Positions 23,303 to 37,086 of a stretch of DNA of 64,000 bases are shown here, one piece after another. The DNA comes from the human T2T-CHM13v2.0 reference genome, Homo sapiens, in assembly GCF_009914755.1 (NCBI RefSeq), contig NC_060929.1; one strand, 5' to 3'. The notes beneath the pieces are model-generated. The model worked only from the letters and a program-made list of their open reading frames with translations. It made no database searches and was not told the DNA's origin. A program made the position numbers and the translations under genes. The number at the start of each line of letters is the position of its first letter. Within the stretch, counting starts at the first letter, position 1.

Positions 23303-26300
23303 TAAATAGAGGTAGGACCAGGAAGCTTGTAGTATCACATATCCATATTATATTATAAAACTCATTTACCAAGCAGGGAAGGTTTTAGAGCCATGTCAAA
23401 ATATTTACTCATTAAGAGAAAAATGTGGGATGTTCCTAATATTTTTAATCCCTGGTTTATGGGACTGAATGATTTGCATGATACATTCCATATTCTAAGA
23501 ATATTTTATTCTTGAAATTGATATCTATAAGTCAGTAGGCTTCCAAAAAATCCAAATAAGACTAAATTTGCCTATTTCAGATTATACAATAAAAACACAT
23601 ATTTTTCTTTTCTGTCTTTTGTTGTCTACCAACAAAGGATAATTCAGTATTAAAATATTAATAATTTGAAACAAGAGATATAAATAATGTTATAGTTAAT
23701 TTGGGCTAAGTTCCTGCCATCTAGATAAAAAGGTTTCTAAGTAAAGATAGTTACTGTAAACATTCTTAGATTCTTGGGAAAAAAGTGCTAGTATGGATGA
23801 AATATTAATAGTTTTCATCATGCAGTCTTTGGGTAAATTAATTTATTCTGCAGTCTTCTTAGCAAAATAGATTTACTTGTTTCTCATCCCTGATACTTTA
23901 TTCAAATCAAGTGAAATTAAGTCATTTCTCAGTAAGAGGCAGTCATTTTAGGCCAATAAAAACACCTACTACTAACCTAACTTCTTTTTATAATGGCTCT
24001 ATCTAACTATAACTCCTCCCCTACAATTTCATGTGGTGAACGTTTCATAAAGATATTTGTTCTCAAAAACAAGTAATATTTTTAGAAGTTGTTTACTAAA
24101 TATAGTAGTCCTTTACATTTCTATCCTTATTCTACCACCTCACTTATACTGCAAAAAAATGTGAAAAATGAAATTCTAAAATTCTAACTTCAGTAAAATT
24201 CTGAATTTTAAGAAATTTACCCAACAGAAAATTAATTTTGAAAAAGCCATTTCAGTATGGAATGATGAAAATACTGGTAGGGAAATTAAAGGCATTAATT
24301 TCAAACAGATCTGATTAAGTCGTGCAAGAATATTTTCTTTGGGCCTTTTAGCATATTTATTTGCAAATTGATAGGTATGTCTTTAAGTAAGTTTATTTAA
24401 AAAAAATCCATTGCTTCTTTCTTTAAGAAAATAGTCATATTCTTTATGAGATTAAAAAAATCTAAGTAAAACTTGTGATAAATGATCTAGATGTCTTAAC
24501 TCATTTTACTTTGTAAATAGTACACTGTCCATGTGTTACTTAATTGTATTCAACTACAGTTTTTTGTTGTCGTTACAGTTAAAGTCAACATTAATCTCTC
24601 AAGGCATATACTTCTATTCAAGTTTGGCAGAAATGCTGAACATATCAAGGTTTAAATTGTTAGGAGTTTAGTTCAACCTCTGCTGGGTCCCTAGGCTCTT
24701 ATTGTAAAACTACTGTTGGCATTTGCAACCCATATAACATCTTGGAATCATGGGAATCAACTCTGAAATGCCAAGAATTGAAGATCAACTTTATTTTTGG
24801 AGGGAATTCTATTACGAGTTTTTTGGTAGCTCTGCAAGCTGTGTGAACGGAGGGAAAAATAACCTAAATTACACTAATTCACATTCCACTGTTAACCACA
24901 TTACTTTGAGACTTTACTCTCAGTTTCACACCTTGTCCTGTTCCCAGATGAAGTTGACTTCTCAAGAAATGCACAAATTTTTCTGGTCTGCCCACTCCTT
25001 AAGGGGTAGATCATAAATTAAATCAGGCAGTGTGATATTTCTATTGCCCACTTCTAAAGGTTTCCACAGACTCTTGGAATAAAACACTTTAAGGCACAGT
25101 GTTTATTCTTGCTTCATGATATTTATATGTGCATGATGCTATAAATATGAGTTCAAATGCATTTTTAAATGAGCTGATGAGTAATGCCACCCAAACATTT
25201 ACATTTTAGTTTTTAGAAGTAAGATGTCATAGTCTAAGGTGTAAAATCCAAATCTAGTTGGTTTGAGGCAAGAAGTGCAAATGAGTGAGAATTTCTTTTT
25301 TCCAGAATGGAAATTCCAAATGACCAAGCCACTTACCAGCTGTGTCCCTGTATGCAGGTTTCCTTACAATGTGAGAAAGGCATATTGATTCAGTGTTTTT
25401 TTTATAAATACATACGTAGTGGTTCATCAATCATATGAGGTTGGGTGGTTACCTTATGGTAACTCTATAAGTCATTATCAGTGTAGTAAGGAGTCATAAG
25501 CTCCAGTTAGAATATTGTTTTCATAGTCTATCTTCCATATACTCATTCCTACTTGTTAAACTTGAAAGTTAGTAAGAATTTGAGGGAAGGGGAAGGGGAA
25601 AGGGAACAAGAACCATTCATGTGGATCATCATTATTTTTTTAGTCCAGGACTAATTTTGCTATGGTTTATCTGTCTGTTCCCTTGTTCCTCTGCCCCTTC
25701 ACTCTGACCAGTTCTTTTGTAAAACATTTTCCTTTTACATGTATTTCAGAGATGTATTATTGTCTTTTGTTGACCGATGGGAAAAGGAAGAGGAAAAGAG
25801 GTGACCGAGTCTAATAATTCTTAAGGACAAGACCTGAAAGTTATCTTTATTTCCATTTATATCCCATTTGAAATGACTTAGTCGTAAGATTCAGATAGCT
25901 GAAAGCAATGCTAGGTAACAGGGAATATAGCTGGATGACCATGCAGGGAGTTTATGTACAAAAGGAAATAGCAGGGAATAGATAATGTGGGAAATTAGCA
26001 AGCTCTATTACAATAAGCATATCCTAACAAACTAAGCTAATATTCTACATAAAAAATATAATTTCACAGTATAACATACACAGTAGGAAACTGTTGGAGA
26101 CAATAATTTAATACAAAAATTAGGTGACGTTCTATTGAGAAAATATTGCCTATTTGTATTTGCACCAAGCAGAATAATTTTTCTTGATACATAGCCTTAG
26201 AGAACTAATATGTGTGTAAAATAGTGAATATTTATAAAGTATGTCAGAGATACATGTCCAATTCATATGAAACATGTCCTAGATTTTAGGTTTTCTGAAT

Positions 26301-26719
26301 AAAGAAGAAAAAGTTTAGTCAGTTAACTCTATATTTGTTTTTTTGGAATTTCCCCAAAAAGACACAACATATTTTCATATTTTAATGTTCTATTATACCA
26401 ATTATTATGCTTTAATAAATCTTATTAGTGTGATGGGTCCATAAAACCTAATTGGTCACTGATGGAGCTTTCTCACAGTAAAAACTCTTTATTGTACTTA
26501 AGAATGACAGGTAAATTAAAGGTCCTTAATGGAAGAACAAGGGAAGTCTTGGTTATAGTATATATTTAGCTGGAATGGAGTACAGTAGTTCATGGCACGT
26601 CATCCTTCCGGTTGTTCATTAATGAGGGCAAGAGGAATGTGATATTAAAGGAACAAATCGATGAAGGAGTAGCTTTAAAGGCAAAAATAGTATGATTTCA
26701 AGAATGCAAAGCAATAGCA

Positions 26720-27800
26720 CTCACTTCCAGTCTCCCAGTAGAGAAATCTGGTTACAATATTTCTTTTTGCTCAGTTTTCCCTCAATCTCTAGTTCATTAT
26801 TGAGTCTTATTGCCTAGCCTCCATAAATACCTTGATCTATCCCCTGCTCTTTTCCCAATGTTGCTAGTCTATGTTAAATCTAGTTTATTGCAACAAGCCC
26901 CCTAACTACTTTTCTTGCTGTTCATCACACGCTTTTGTACTATACTGCCCACGCCTGTCATAGTGCATTACCCAAAGTACACGTCTGTGAATGTTTTCCC
27001 CCTAGAATCCTTTGATAGCTCTCCATGATTTTAAGGATAGAATAGTGTCCTTAGCTCAGCATACATGGCCCTTCATAATCTGGCTTTTGCTATCAATATA
27101 GTTTCACCTGTTGTAGTTTCTACATATGTTCTCTCTAAAAATAAAATTATTTCTAATTCCCTGGATATATCCTATAGTTTCATACTTCTAGGCCTTAAAG
27201 AACATCATCTCCACTTTGTCTACTTGGCTTTCTTCAATTTCATCTTCAGGATTGAGCTCAGATTTCACTGAAAGAAAAACAAGCAATACAACCTTCTCTA
27301 GATGATTTTCTACTTCTGGCCTGGCGTGGTGGCTCATGCCTGTAATCCCAGCACTCGGGAGGCCAAGGCTGATGGATCACGTGAAGTCAAGAGTTCAAGA
27401 CCAGCCTGGCCAACATGGGGAAACCGCATCTCTACTAAAAATACAAAAAATAGCTCAGCATGGTGGTGGGTGCCTGTAATCCCAGATACTTGGGAGGTTG
27501 AGGCAGGGGAATCGCTTGAACCTGGGAGGAGGAGGTTGCAGTGAGCCAAGTTGTGCCACTGCACTCCAGCCTGAGTGACAGAGAAAGACTGTCTCAGAAA
27601 AATAAAATAAAAGTAGAATTTTCTACTTCTAACATCAGGGTTAAGGGCTCCTGTCCTGGGCACTGATTATATCTCAGTCATGTCTCTGTCAGACTACCTG
27701 TTGCACTATATTGCATCTCACTATGTTGTATTATATGCTACAGATCAGTCTGGTCTGTGTGTTCCTTGAGACCATAGACTATGTCTTTTATCTCCACCTT
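26720..27800 (+). mobile_element. L2 LINE remnant interrupted by an Alu
   Basis: 'cttagctcagcatacatggcccttcataatctggc', 'tcatcttcaggattgagctcagat', 'ttccttgagaccatagactatgtc'. Confidence 0.65.
27318..27615 (+). mobile_element. AluS SINE
   Basis: Full dimer; TSD ATTTTCTACTTCT at 27305-27317 and 27618-27630. Confidence 0.97.
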
Positions 27801-28289
27801 CCTTACACCTAGCCCTTTTATAAAAGCCAATAGCTACTCTTTGAGAGCTTGCTTAAGAGAATTAGTTGATAAAGTAATGATAGAAATGTATGGTGATATT
27901 TATAAGCCTTGTGAGCATTTTTCTTAGATGTAGACAAATCTGTGAAACATTTTCTTCATTAATTAGTGGTATTGAAAAGGTATACTAGAGAGTTTCAGGT
28001 CCCAGGCACTCTAGACAAACTGTGTATTCACTTTACAAGCCAGTCATCATATTTGCCAACTTCAATAATTCCCTATTTTATCTGAAACAAACAAACAAAA
28101 AAGAAAGAAAAAGATTCTGTTATTACTCTGTATTTAAATGAAAGATGTTGAATGAGATTGAAACAAAAATGATTCCCTCAATACAAATTCTTAGAAGGCA
28201 TGGCAATTGCATTTTGGATTATGTAGCAGACCATCAGTGAATCAATAAAATATCAATGATCAAAAATTAAAAATCAATTTTTAAAAAGT

Positions 28290-28692
28290 AATTTATTTTT
28301 AATGGACAAATTATAATTGTATATATTTGTGGGGTACAATGTAATGTCATAATCTATGTATACATTATAGAAAGATTCCATCAAGCTAATTAACATATAC
28401 ATTATTTTAGCAACTTACCATTTTTTTGTGATGAGAATGTTAAAAATCTATTCTGTTAGCAATTTTGGAATATATAATACATTATTATTAACTGTGATAC
28501 CCTGAGGTGCAATAGACCACTAAAATTTATATCTTCAGCCTAACTGAGACTTTGTGCTCTTTGATCAACATCTCTTTTTTCCATCCTTCCCTCTCCCAAC
28601 AAGCCTCTGGTAACCACCTTTCAACTATCTGTTTCTATGAGATTGACTTTTTTAGATTTCATATCAGTGAGATCATATATTGTTTGTTTTTC
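28290..28692 (-). mobile_element. L1MA 3' end
   Basis: 'ttgtatatatttgtggggtacaatg...tcaagctaattaacata...agcctctggtaaccacc...tgagatcat'. Confidence 0.88.
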
Positions 28693-29816
28693 AATGCAAG
28701 TGGCTGTAAGGATATCCCTCACTCTGTTTTCATATTTGAAAATAAAGTCACATTAGCAATACATTATAGAATCATAGAGAGCTAGATCAAGTTCTTTTAC
28801 AGGGAAATTATCAGAAATTTTCTATTTAGAGAAACTATTTCTAAGCACCAAAGGGCTATTAGGAATAATATTTAATACACTGTTTTACTACTATTCTGCA
28901 AAATATACACCCTCCAGAAAATTACTGTAAGACTCAGCCACTTTGAACCACACCTGCCTCTGAGGATTTTTTTTACTGTTCACTCTCTAATTCTGTCTAG
29001 AGTAAAACACGTTCTTATTACGGTGAACCAAGATTACCAGGTCATCTAAATAAAACTATTGTGTCAACTGCTTGAGTAAAATTTCTATTAATTTTATTTT
29101 CTTTCTTCAATTCTGATTATTGGTTAGAACAAATACTTCGTTTAGTTATAGAATATACTTAAATCATCAACTGTTTTGGTGAAAAGGATCATTTTGCTGA
29201 AAGCATTCTACTAAAATTGACAATTGTTTTTCCTTTTTTTGTTGTTATTACTGCTGTTTTCCTTAAGTAACAAATATTTAATGGATATTGGTTACAGAGC
29301 ATTCTTTCCCCTAAAGAGAATATCTATGGACTAAGAAGTCAGTAGTTTCTAAATTGTATTGCTTTCATTCCTGTTTTTAAAAAAGGAAATAGAATTCCTA
29401 AAATAACATTGTATGCAAAAAAAAGAAAAACATTCTATTTGGTAGACAAAGGAAACTCATGGGTTGAATCACTTCTTTCCCCTGAATTCTTTAAAAACTT
29501 CCTCTCTATGTCACTTTCAATTTGAAATAAACATTTGCAATAGGCATTGAAATGGTTCTTTGATATTCTTGAAAACAACCTCCCACCTATTTTCCTCTTC
29601 CTCTTTCCTTCCACTTCCTCCTTTATCAGGTCTTCTGTTTTCAGATATCTGACTCAAACATGAAAAATTAATTCAAAAACACTATTGGATCTTCATTTAC
29701 CATTTTCTCAGCATAAAGGTCATACTCTATAAGGTACAGTTAACCCCATCAATCCAGAAAAATTCCTGGCTCATATTTGGAATGACACTTGCTTTTATTC
29801 CTTTTTATTAAAAAAA

Positions 29817-30128
29817 TATTATTATTATTATTATTATTATTATTTGAGACAGAGTCAAGCTCTGTTGCCCAGACTGGAATGCAGTGGTGTGATCTTGGCT
29901 CACTGTAACCTCCGCCTCCTAGGTTCAAGTGATTCTCCTGCCACAGCCTCCTGAGTAGCTGGGACTACAGGTGCTCGCCACCACGCCCAGCTATTTTTTT
30001 GTATTTTTAGTAGAGACGAGGTTTCAACTTGTTGGCCAGGCTGGTCTCAAACTCCTGACCTCAGGTGACCCGCCCGTCTCGACCTCCCAAAGTGCTGGGA
30101 TTACAGGCATGAGCCATCATGCCTGGCC
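29817..30128 (-). mobile_element. AluS SINE with (TTA)n tail
   Basis: Full dimer ending 'gcctggcc'. Confidence 0.97.
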
Positions 30129-30129
30129 T

Positions 30130-30359
30130 AATTTAATTTTTAGATCGAGGGAGTACATGTGCATATTTGTTACATGGGTATATTGCATACTGTGGGGACT
30201 GGGTTATTAGTGTACCCACTACCCAAATAGTGAACATTGTACCTCATAGTTAATTTTTCAACCCTCACTCGCCTCCATCCCTCCCCGCTTTTGGAGTCCC
30301 CAGTATCTATTATTTCCATCTTTACGTCCATGTGTACTTACTTTTTAGCTCCTACTTAC
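30130..30359 (-). mobile_element. Short L1PA15/16-like 3' end
   Basis: 'gtacatgtgcatatttgttacatgggtatattgc...ccactacccaaatagtgaacattgtacc'; degenerate TSD 29784-29800 / 30361-30377. Confidence 0.85.
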
Positions 30360-31279
30360 AGACGCTTGTTTTCATTCTTGAAAAGATAGTATTGATTCAG
30401 ACCTATGGACATTTGAAAGATAAAAATGTGCTTTTTCTCAGAGGGCTTTTGTGTCACCATGTTTTGCATTTTTCAGAGTCATATTTGTCAGAAACCTCAC
30501 ACTGCTTCATTTAGTTCTCTTTAAAATCTTAACATATGATGAAAGCATTCCTTTCTGATCTTAACCCATAATGCAGTAGACTGTTTTGGTTAACTTGTTT
30601 TAATATACTACAAAGACAAAATTATTAAATATATATTTATCTCTTCCTTTGTATATAATTTTTCATTCATAATTGATGCATTAACATGGTATAACACTAG
30701 CGAAGTGGATGTATTATTTAATGTCAAGACATTTGACTGTGAGCAAGATGCTATTATGTGAACATATTTTGAAAATCATCATGCTTGATGCAAATGCCAG
30801 TTATCAGCATGAGTCTTAACATTTGAGTGTCCTGTGGGTAAATGTATCCCTTCAAATTTCACTTTTGTACAGGGCTGTTCATATACTTCTTTCATCTGTC
30901 TCTGGTATCAAAAAACCAAATGAAAAATTTTAAAAATGAAATTGTAACTCACATTTCTTTGGGTTTGTACAATGTATATAGTTACATTGGAGCAACCCCC
31001 AATCATGGATATTTTCCCCCCTCCTTTGCTAATGTAGAATTTCTAACCTCTGTCAAAGTCTTATCCAGTTCTGTTCAGGAGTTCACAGGAGTATCTCCCA
31101 GGAGCTACAAATAATTCTATTGCATTCCTGTAGACTGCAGTTCCCAGGAAGTCACTGGAGAGTGGCCCCTCAATGATGCTAATTGTTTGGAAAATAACAC
31201 TTCACGTGATTTCAGATGATATTTATAAAATATAAACATTATATAGTAATAAATACATAGACATATAGGTATGTATATG

Positions 31280-31670
31280 AGTAAATGCATATTTTATTTG
31301 CTTATTTATTAAACATAGTTGTAACTTGGTTAGCAATATGGAATATATTATGGACTTTTCCCATGTGCTTGTGTATATATTTAATGTTTTTTGTTTGTTT
31401 TTAGAATTAAATACTATTCAAGAACATGGCTATACCATAGCTTGTTTTTCCAGTCTTGATATTAATAGATATCCAGTTGTTCCAATTTATTTTTTGTTAT
31501 TATAAACAATACTCTAATGAACATCATTGTTCTATACTTGATTAAGTACTACAAAGTAAATTTCTGCAAGTGAGAAAATTGGGTTATAAAACATCTGTAA
31601 TTTAAGTTTTGATATATCTTGTTAAATCTCCTTAAAAAAGTATAAGAGTTTGCTTTTCTACATTTCCACC
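31280..31670 (-). mobile_element. Ancient L1M (L1ME-like) fragment
   Basis: 'ccagttgttccaattta...tataaacaatactctaatgaacatc...aagtaaatttctgcaagtg'. Confidence 0.55.
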
Positions 31671-31671
31671 A

Positions 31672-31746
31672 TCTGTCTATCTATCTATCTTCTATCTAGT
31701 CAATATATATCACTATCTATATCACTATCTATATTTATCTATCTAA
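31672..31746. repeat. Degenerate (TCTA)n
   Basis: tctgtctatctatctatct... Confidence 0.75.
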
Positions 31747-32674
31747 TCATTCTCTCTGTTTATATCAATATCACAATCTCACTACCATTGAAGTGATTCT
31801 TTTAACCACTGTTAAGGATAAACAAAGACAATGATATTTGTTGCCCCCCCAACTTATGTTTAAGTTTTCTGCATATAGAAGAATATTAATTCATCTTTGT
31901 AAATCATTACAATATTTGGCTCATCATTCTGCAACAGTTTAACCTTAACCATACTCTGGTTTACTTAAAAGCAAAACATTCACCTCCTTGCTCTTCCAAA
32001 CTGCAGAGACTGAAGGTATATGTTTTGTTTTGACACTACTTCTTAAGCAATTAGGCCTCTGAGGCGGAGGTGAATACAGGGTCAGTGGAATTTTCCTTCA
32101 TATGTGTCTGTTTATCATTGGAGCAAGCTGAGTTCCTGTTATGTAGAGAGCTTGAATAATTCTGAATTTTGCTATGGTTCTGAACTAGGGCTGTTATGAA
32201 TTGCTTGGTCCAAAGGTTACAGTAACAACCAACTTAACAGGCTTGTGGTTGTTTCATCATTCATAATGCTTTTCGAAACTTACACAAATCCTTCTCCATT
32301 CCTAAAGATGAGCATCCTAATTATGGCATGTCGTTTGACCTTACTCTTGAGTTTCAGATTCCAAAAACATATGGGCCTTTTAAATGGAACTAGCAAGCAA
32401 TGAAAGCTTACACTCTGTACCAAAGTCCTTTCTAAGATAGGAAAAGAGGGGGTTCTTCCTTCCATTGCAAATCGTTCCTTCATGCACTTTATCGACACTC
32501 ACTCTGACTCTGCTCATGGGTTTTGCGTATGTGCTCTGAAGGTGTTTATGCTCATCTCCCCAGTAAAATATACTAGCTTACACTTTCTACTGCTTAGTTA
32601 CTATAAGGCAGAGGACACCGTCGGTCACAAAGAAACTGGAGAAATGAGGCAACCGCCCAGTACTAGGAGCCAAT

Positions 32675-32675
<1 letters not shown>

Positions 32676-32710
<35 letters not shown>
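32676..32710. repeat. (CA)n microsatellite
   Basis: About 17 CA units. Confidence 0.95.
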
Positions 32711-32712
<2 letters not shown>

Positions 32713-32786
32713 GCACAAAAATACATAGAATATTGAGTGTTCAAGGTATCGTTTGAAGAATAAGTCACAACTCTTCACTTTAGTTT

Positions 32787-33533
<747 letters not shown>

Positions 33534-35289
33534 AGTTTGCTGATATAGAAGGAATTTATTCTCTATTATCCTTACTTCAATTAATGTTTCAATCACTTTC
33601 TTAACACCATCCACAATTTGCACCAGATTTCAGACATTCTTCTATCAAACTTGTGACTTTCATTTTACCAAAAAAACTTCTACAATTGTCCAATATTGTC
33701 TTTAAATTGAATTGCTTTTTTTACTTTGAATACATTTGTTTATAAGAAAACACATGCTACTACTCTAAGAGAAAAACTAGAATCACTAAAATAAGTGGAA
33801 GTAAATACTGTCAAAGCAGAATAATATTATTTGATTCTACCTAGGTACTAATTCTTGCCACAGGTTCTGGCTCTCAGGCCTCCTCTTTTTTTGTTAAAAA
33901 AAAAAAAAGTGGGGGGGGGGCGATGTATAGGTAATTTTTAAAGGCTAAAATTTTAATAATGTGGCATTATTCCTAGGATCAACAATGATAACTATGCACA
34001 TTTTGAGAAATACTTGTGCTTGTCTGCATTAAACTAACTCTTCAACCCCAAATAAGATACATAATTGTTTCATTTGCTGATATATGAAATAGTACAATTT
34101 AGGTGTTTCCCTATGAAGCAGAATGGTAGAACTGATTCCATGAATACTTTTTTAGACCACATTTTTATTTTAAAACCTTCTCCCCCCCAAAAAGTCTGTA
34201 AATAATCAGTGGGCTACAAATGAAAAACATTCAAATGTGAGTTTTTGTCACCTCCCAGAAGGATTATGGCTCCCACATGGGTAATAACAGTAAGAAAAAT
34301 TCCAGCATTTATCTTTTCCAATTTCCTTCTAGGAGTTTCTCTACTTACTCTTTTGTCTATATGTCGTGCCATCCATATTTGAAAGCCCATATTAAGGAAA
34401 GTGAAATCCTTGATATGCTGAAGATTTGGGAGATAGCTGGGATGAGAGCTATTTTTTTTTAATCCATTCCCAAGTGATCCTGTTGTTACATTGTTCCGAA
34501 AGAGAGGCATGTACTGTATTTAAAAATCAAATACTAATATCAAATATTCCACTGAGCAAAAAAAAGCCACTATATACTTTGAGTTTGTCACTGATTATCT
34601 AATCTTAAAAATAGTACCAAAAAAAAATCTGTTTTCTCCCCTGACTCAGCAAATAGTCAGATCCTGCAAGTATAAAGACTCACACCAGTCAAGTAAGTTA
34701 TATATAATATTCTAGGTTAAGTCATTGACTCACATTTCAATGAAATTGTTATTTCCATAATGGGAAACCACTAGAAATTTATATTTGGATCCTCATAATC
34801 TTACATAAGTGATCAACCTACTCTATTCCCCTCTTACTCATCCACCTTGCTCATTTTTATAGGACTAAAACCATTTAGAGAACCTCAAATATTCTCAGCA
34901 GATGAAACTGCAGAATAACTATCAAAATATCTTCTTACCAGAATTATATAAATGACATTCATCAAACTGATTGATTATAGATGGCAAATATCTTAGCTGG
35001 TCCTTGGTATGTTTTTTCAAGGAGTGCAAGTATGATATATTCCTTGACTCTTTACACACTTATAGATCAACCTTTATTTTAAATTTCACTCTATTTATTT
35101 GATTAAGGAAATGTACCCAGAAAACCTTCTCAGCACCTCAAAACTGCAATAAGGTTTGTAAATGTAGTGGTTTTGGTGTCCTGATTGGCATTCTTCCCCT
35201 TACCTTACCTCCCTACATCCCAGCATCTCCCTCTCTGCCCCTTCATCTTTTTCCTCCCCTCTGCTCCCTTATTTGATTCCTTTAAAATA

Positions 35290-35890
35290 TGTCCATTGAG
35301 TGCCTGCTATGTATGAGGTACTATTGTAGAAGGATTTGGGAAATAGTGGTAGGAGACAGTAGTAAAAGACACATACTCTTCTGGAGTTAGAACACCTGGA
35401 TTTGAAGCTGAGCTCCATCACTTAGGTTAATCAAAGAGTATGTAGTAACATTCGTACTGTACAGCTGACCTCTGAGCATTTATGTGCTCACTTGGAAAGT
35501 GGGGCTTCTTCTGAATGTTGCTGAGTATGTTCAATAAGAACATTCTGGCAAATCATTTAGCTCAGGGCGTGACTGATAATAGACAATCAATAAATGATAG
35601 CTGTTTTGCTACCTATCATTATTATGGAGTCCATTCTATTGAGAATTACAAAGTCTAGAGGAATTACAAAATAATGCAATTTCATCATGCACTATTGACA
35701 TACTGTGGTACAGCTCAAAGTGCAAGGAAGAGGAGACACATAAGAAGTGCAACTAAAACAGCCTTGAAGGAGGGCAATGATGCTTTTCTGGGGAGGTGAC
35801 ATTTGAATGAGGTCCTGAAAGGTTAGTAATGTCTGCCAGTCTGGAAGGGACCAGAGGGAGGACAGAAGTACAACTCTAGGGTGAGGTGAA
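35290..35890 (-). mobile_element. L2 3' region with nested MIR; continues after the L1 at ~37103-37480
   Basis: 'cattgagtgcctgctatgtatgaggtact', 'gggaggtgacatttgaatgaggtcctgaaagg'. Confidence 0.65.
35355..35620 (+). mobile_element. MIR SINE
   Basis: 'ctctt ctggagttagaacacctggatttgaagctgagctccatcactt...caataaatgatagctg'. Confidence 0.65.
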
Positions 35891-35901
35891 GCAGCTATAT
35901 A

Positions 35902-37086
35902 TTTCTTTTTCTTTTTTTAAGTAGGTGGCAGATTCACTGTGTGTTTTATTATTATTATTATTATTATAACTTAAGATCTGGGGTACATGTGCAGAACGTG
36001 CAGTTTTGTTACATAGGTATATACGTGCCATGGTGGTTTGCTGCACCCATTAACCCGTCAACTACATTAGTTATTTCTCCTAATACTATCCCTCCCCTAG
36101 CCCCCAACCCCCTGACAGGCCCCAGTGTGTGATGTTCCCCTCCCTATGTCCATGTGTTCTCATTGTTCAACTCCCACTTATGAGTGAAAAGATGTGGTGT
36201 TTGGTTTTCTGTTCTTGTAATAGTTTGCTGAGGATGATGGTTTCCAGCTTCATCCATGTCCCTGAAAATGACATGAACTCATCTTTTTTTATGGCTGCAT
36301 CATATGCCATGGTGTATATGTGCCACATTTTCTTTATCCAGTCTATTATTGATGGATCAAAGACTTAAGCATAAGACCTAGGACCATAGAAACACTAGAA
36401 GAAAACCTGGGCAATACTATTCAGGATGTAGGCATGGGAAAAAACTTCATGTCTAAGACACCAAAAGCGATGGCAACAAAAGCCAAAATTGACAAGTGGG
36501 ATCTAATTAAACTAAAGAGCTTCTGCACAGCAAAAGAAACTATCATCAGAGTGAACAGGCAACCTACAGAATGGGAGAAAAGTTTTGCAATCTATGCATA
36601 TGACAAAGGACTAATACCCAGAATCTACAAATAACTTAAACAAATTTACAAGAAAAAAACAAACAACCCCATCAAAAAGTGGGCAAAGGATATGAACAGA
36701 CACTTCTCAAAAGAAGACATTTATGCAGCCAACAGACATGAAAAAATGCTCATCATCACTGGTCATCAGAGAAATGCAAATCAAAACCACAATGAGATAC
36801 CATCTCATGCCAGTTCGAATGGTGATCATTCAAAAGTCAGGAAACAACAGTTGCCAGAGAGGATATGGAGAAATAGGAACACTTTTACACTGTTGGTGGG
36901 AGTGTAAATTAGTTCAACCATTGTGGAAGACAGTGTGGTGATTCCTCAAGGATCTATAACTAGAAATACTGTTTGACCCAGCAATCCTGTTACTGTGTAT
37001 ATACCCAGAGGATTATAAATCATTCTACTATAAAGACACATGCACACGTGTGTTTATTGCGGCACTATTCACAACAGCAAAGACTT
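35902..37086 (-). mobile_element. L1PA with twin-priming 5' inversion
   Basis: Antisense 3' UTR 35944-36356, sense ORF2 piece 36351-37086 ([31 protein letters not shown]); TSD GCAGCTATA[TA/CC]TTTCT at 35891 and 37087. Confidence 0.95.

Noticed and set aside
27302-27663. Alu-derived ORFs (also near 1184, 20202, 22065, 29971, 32935, 59573, 61246)
   Set aside because: Typical chance translations of Alu sequence.
33896-33921. A-run followed by G-run
   Set aside because: Simple homopolymer slippage with no further structure.
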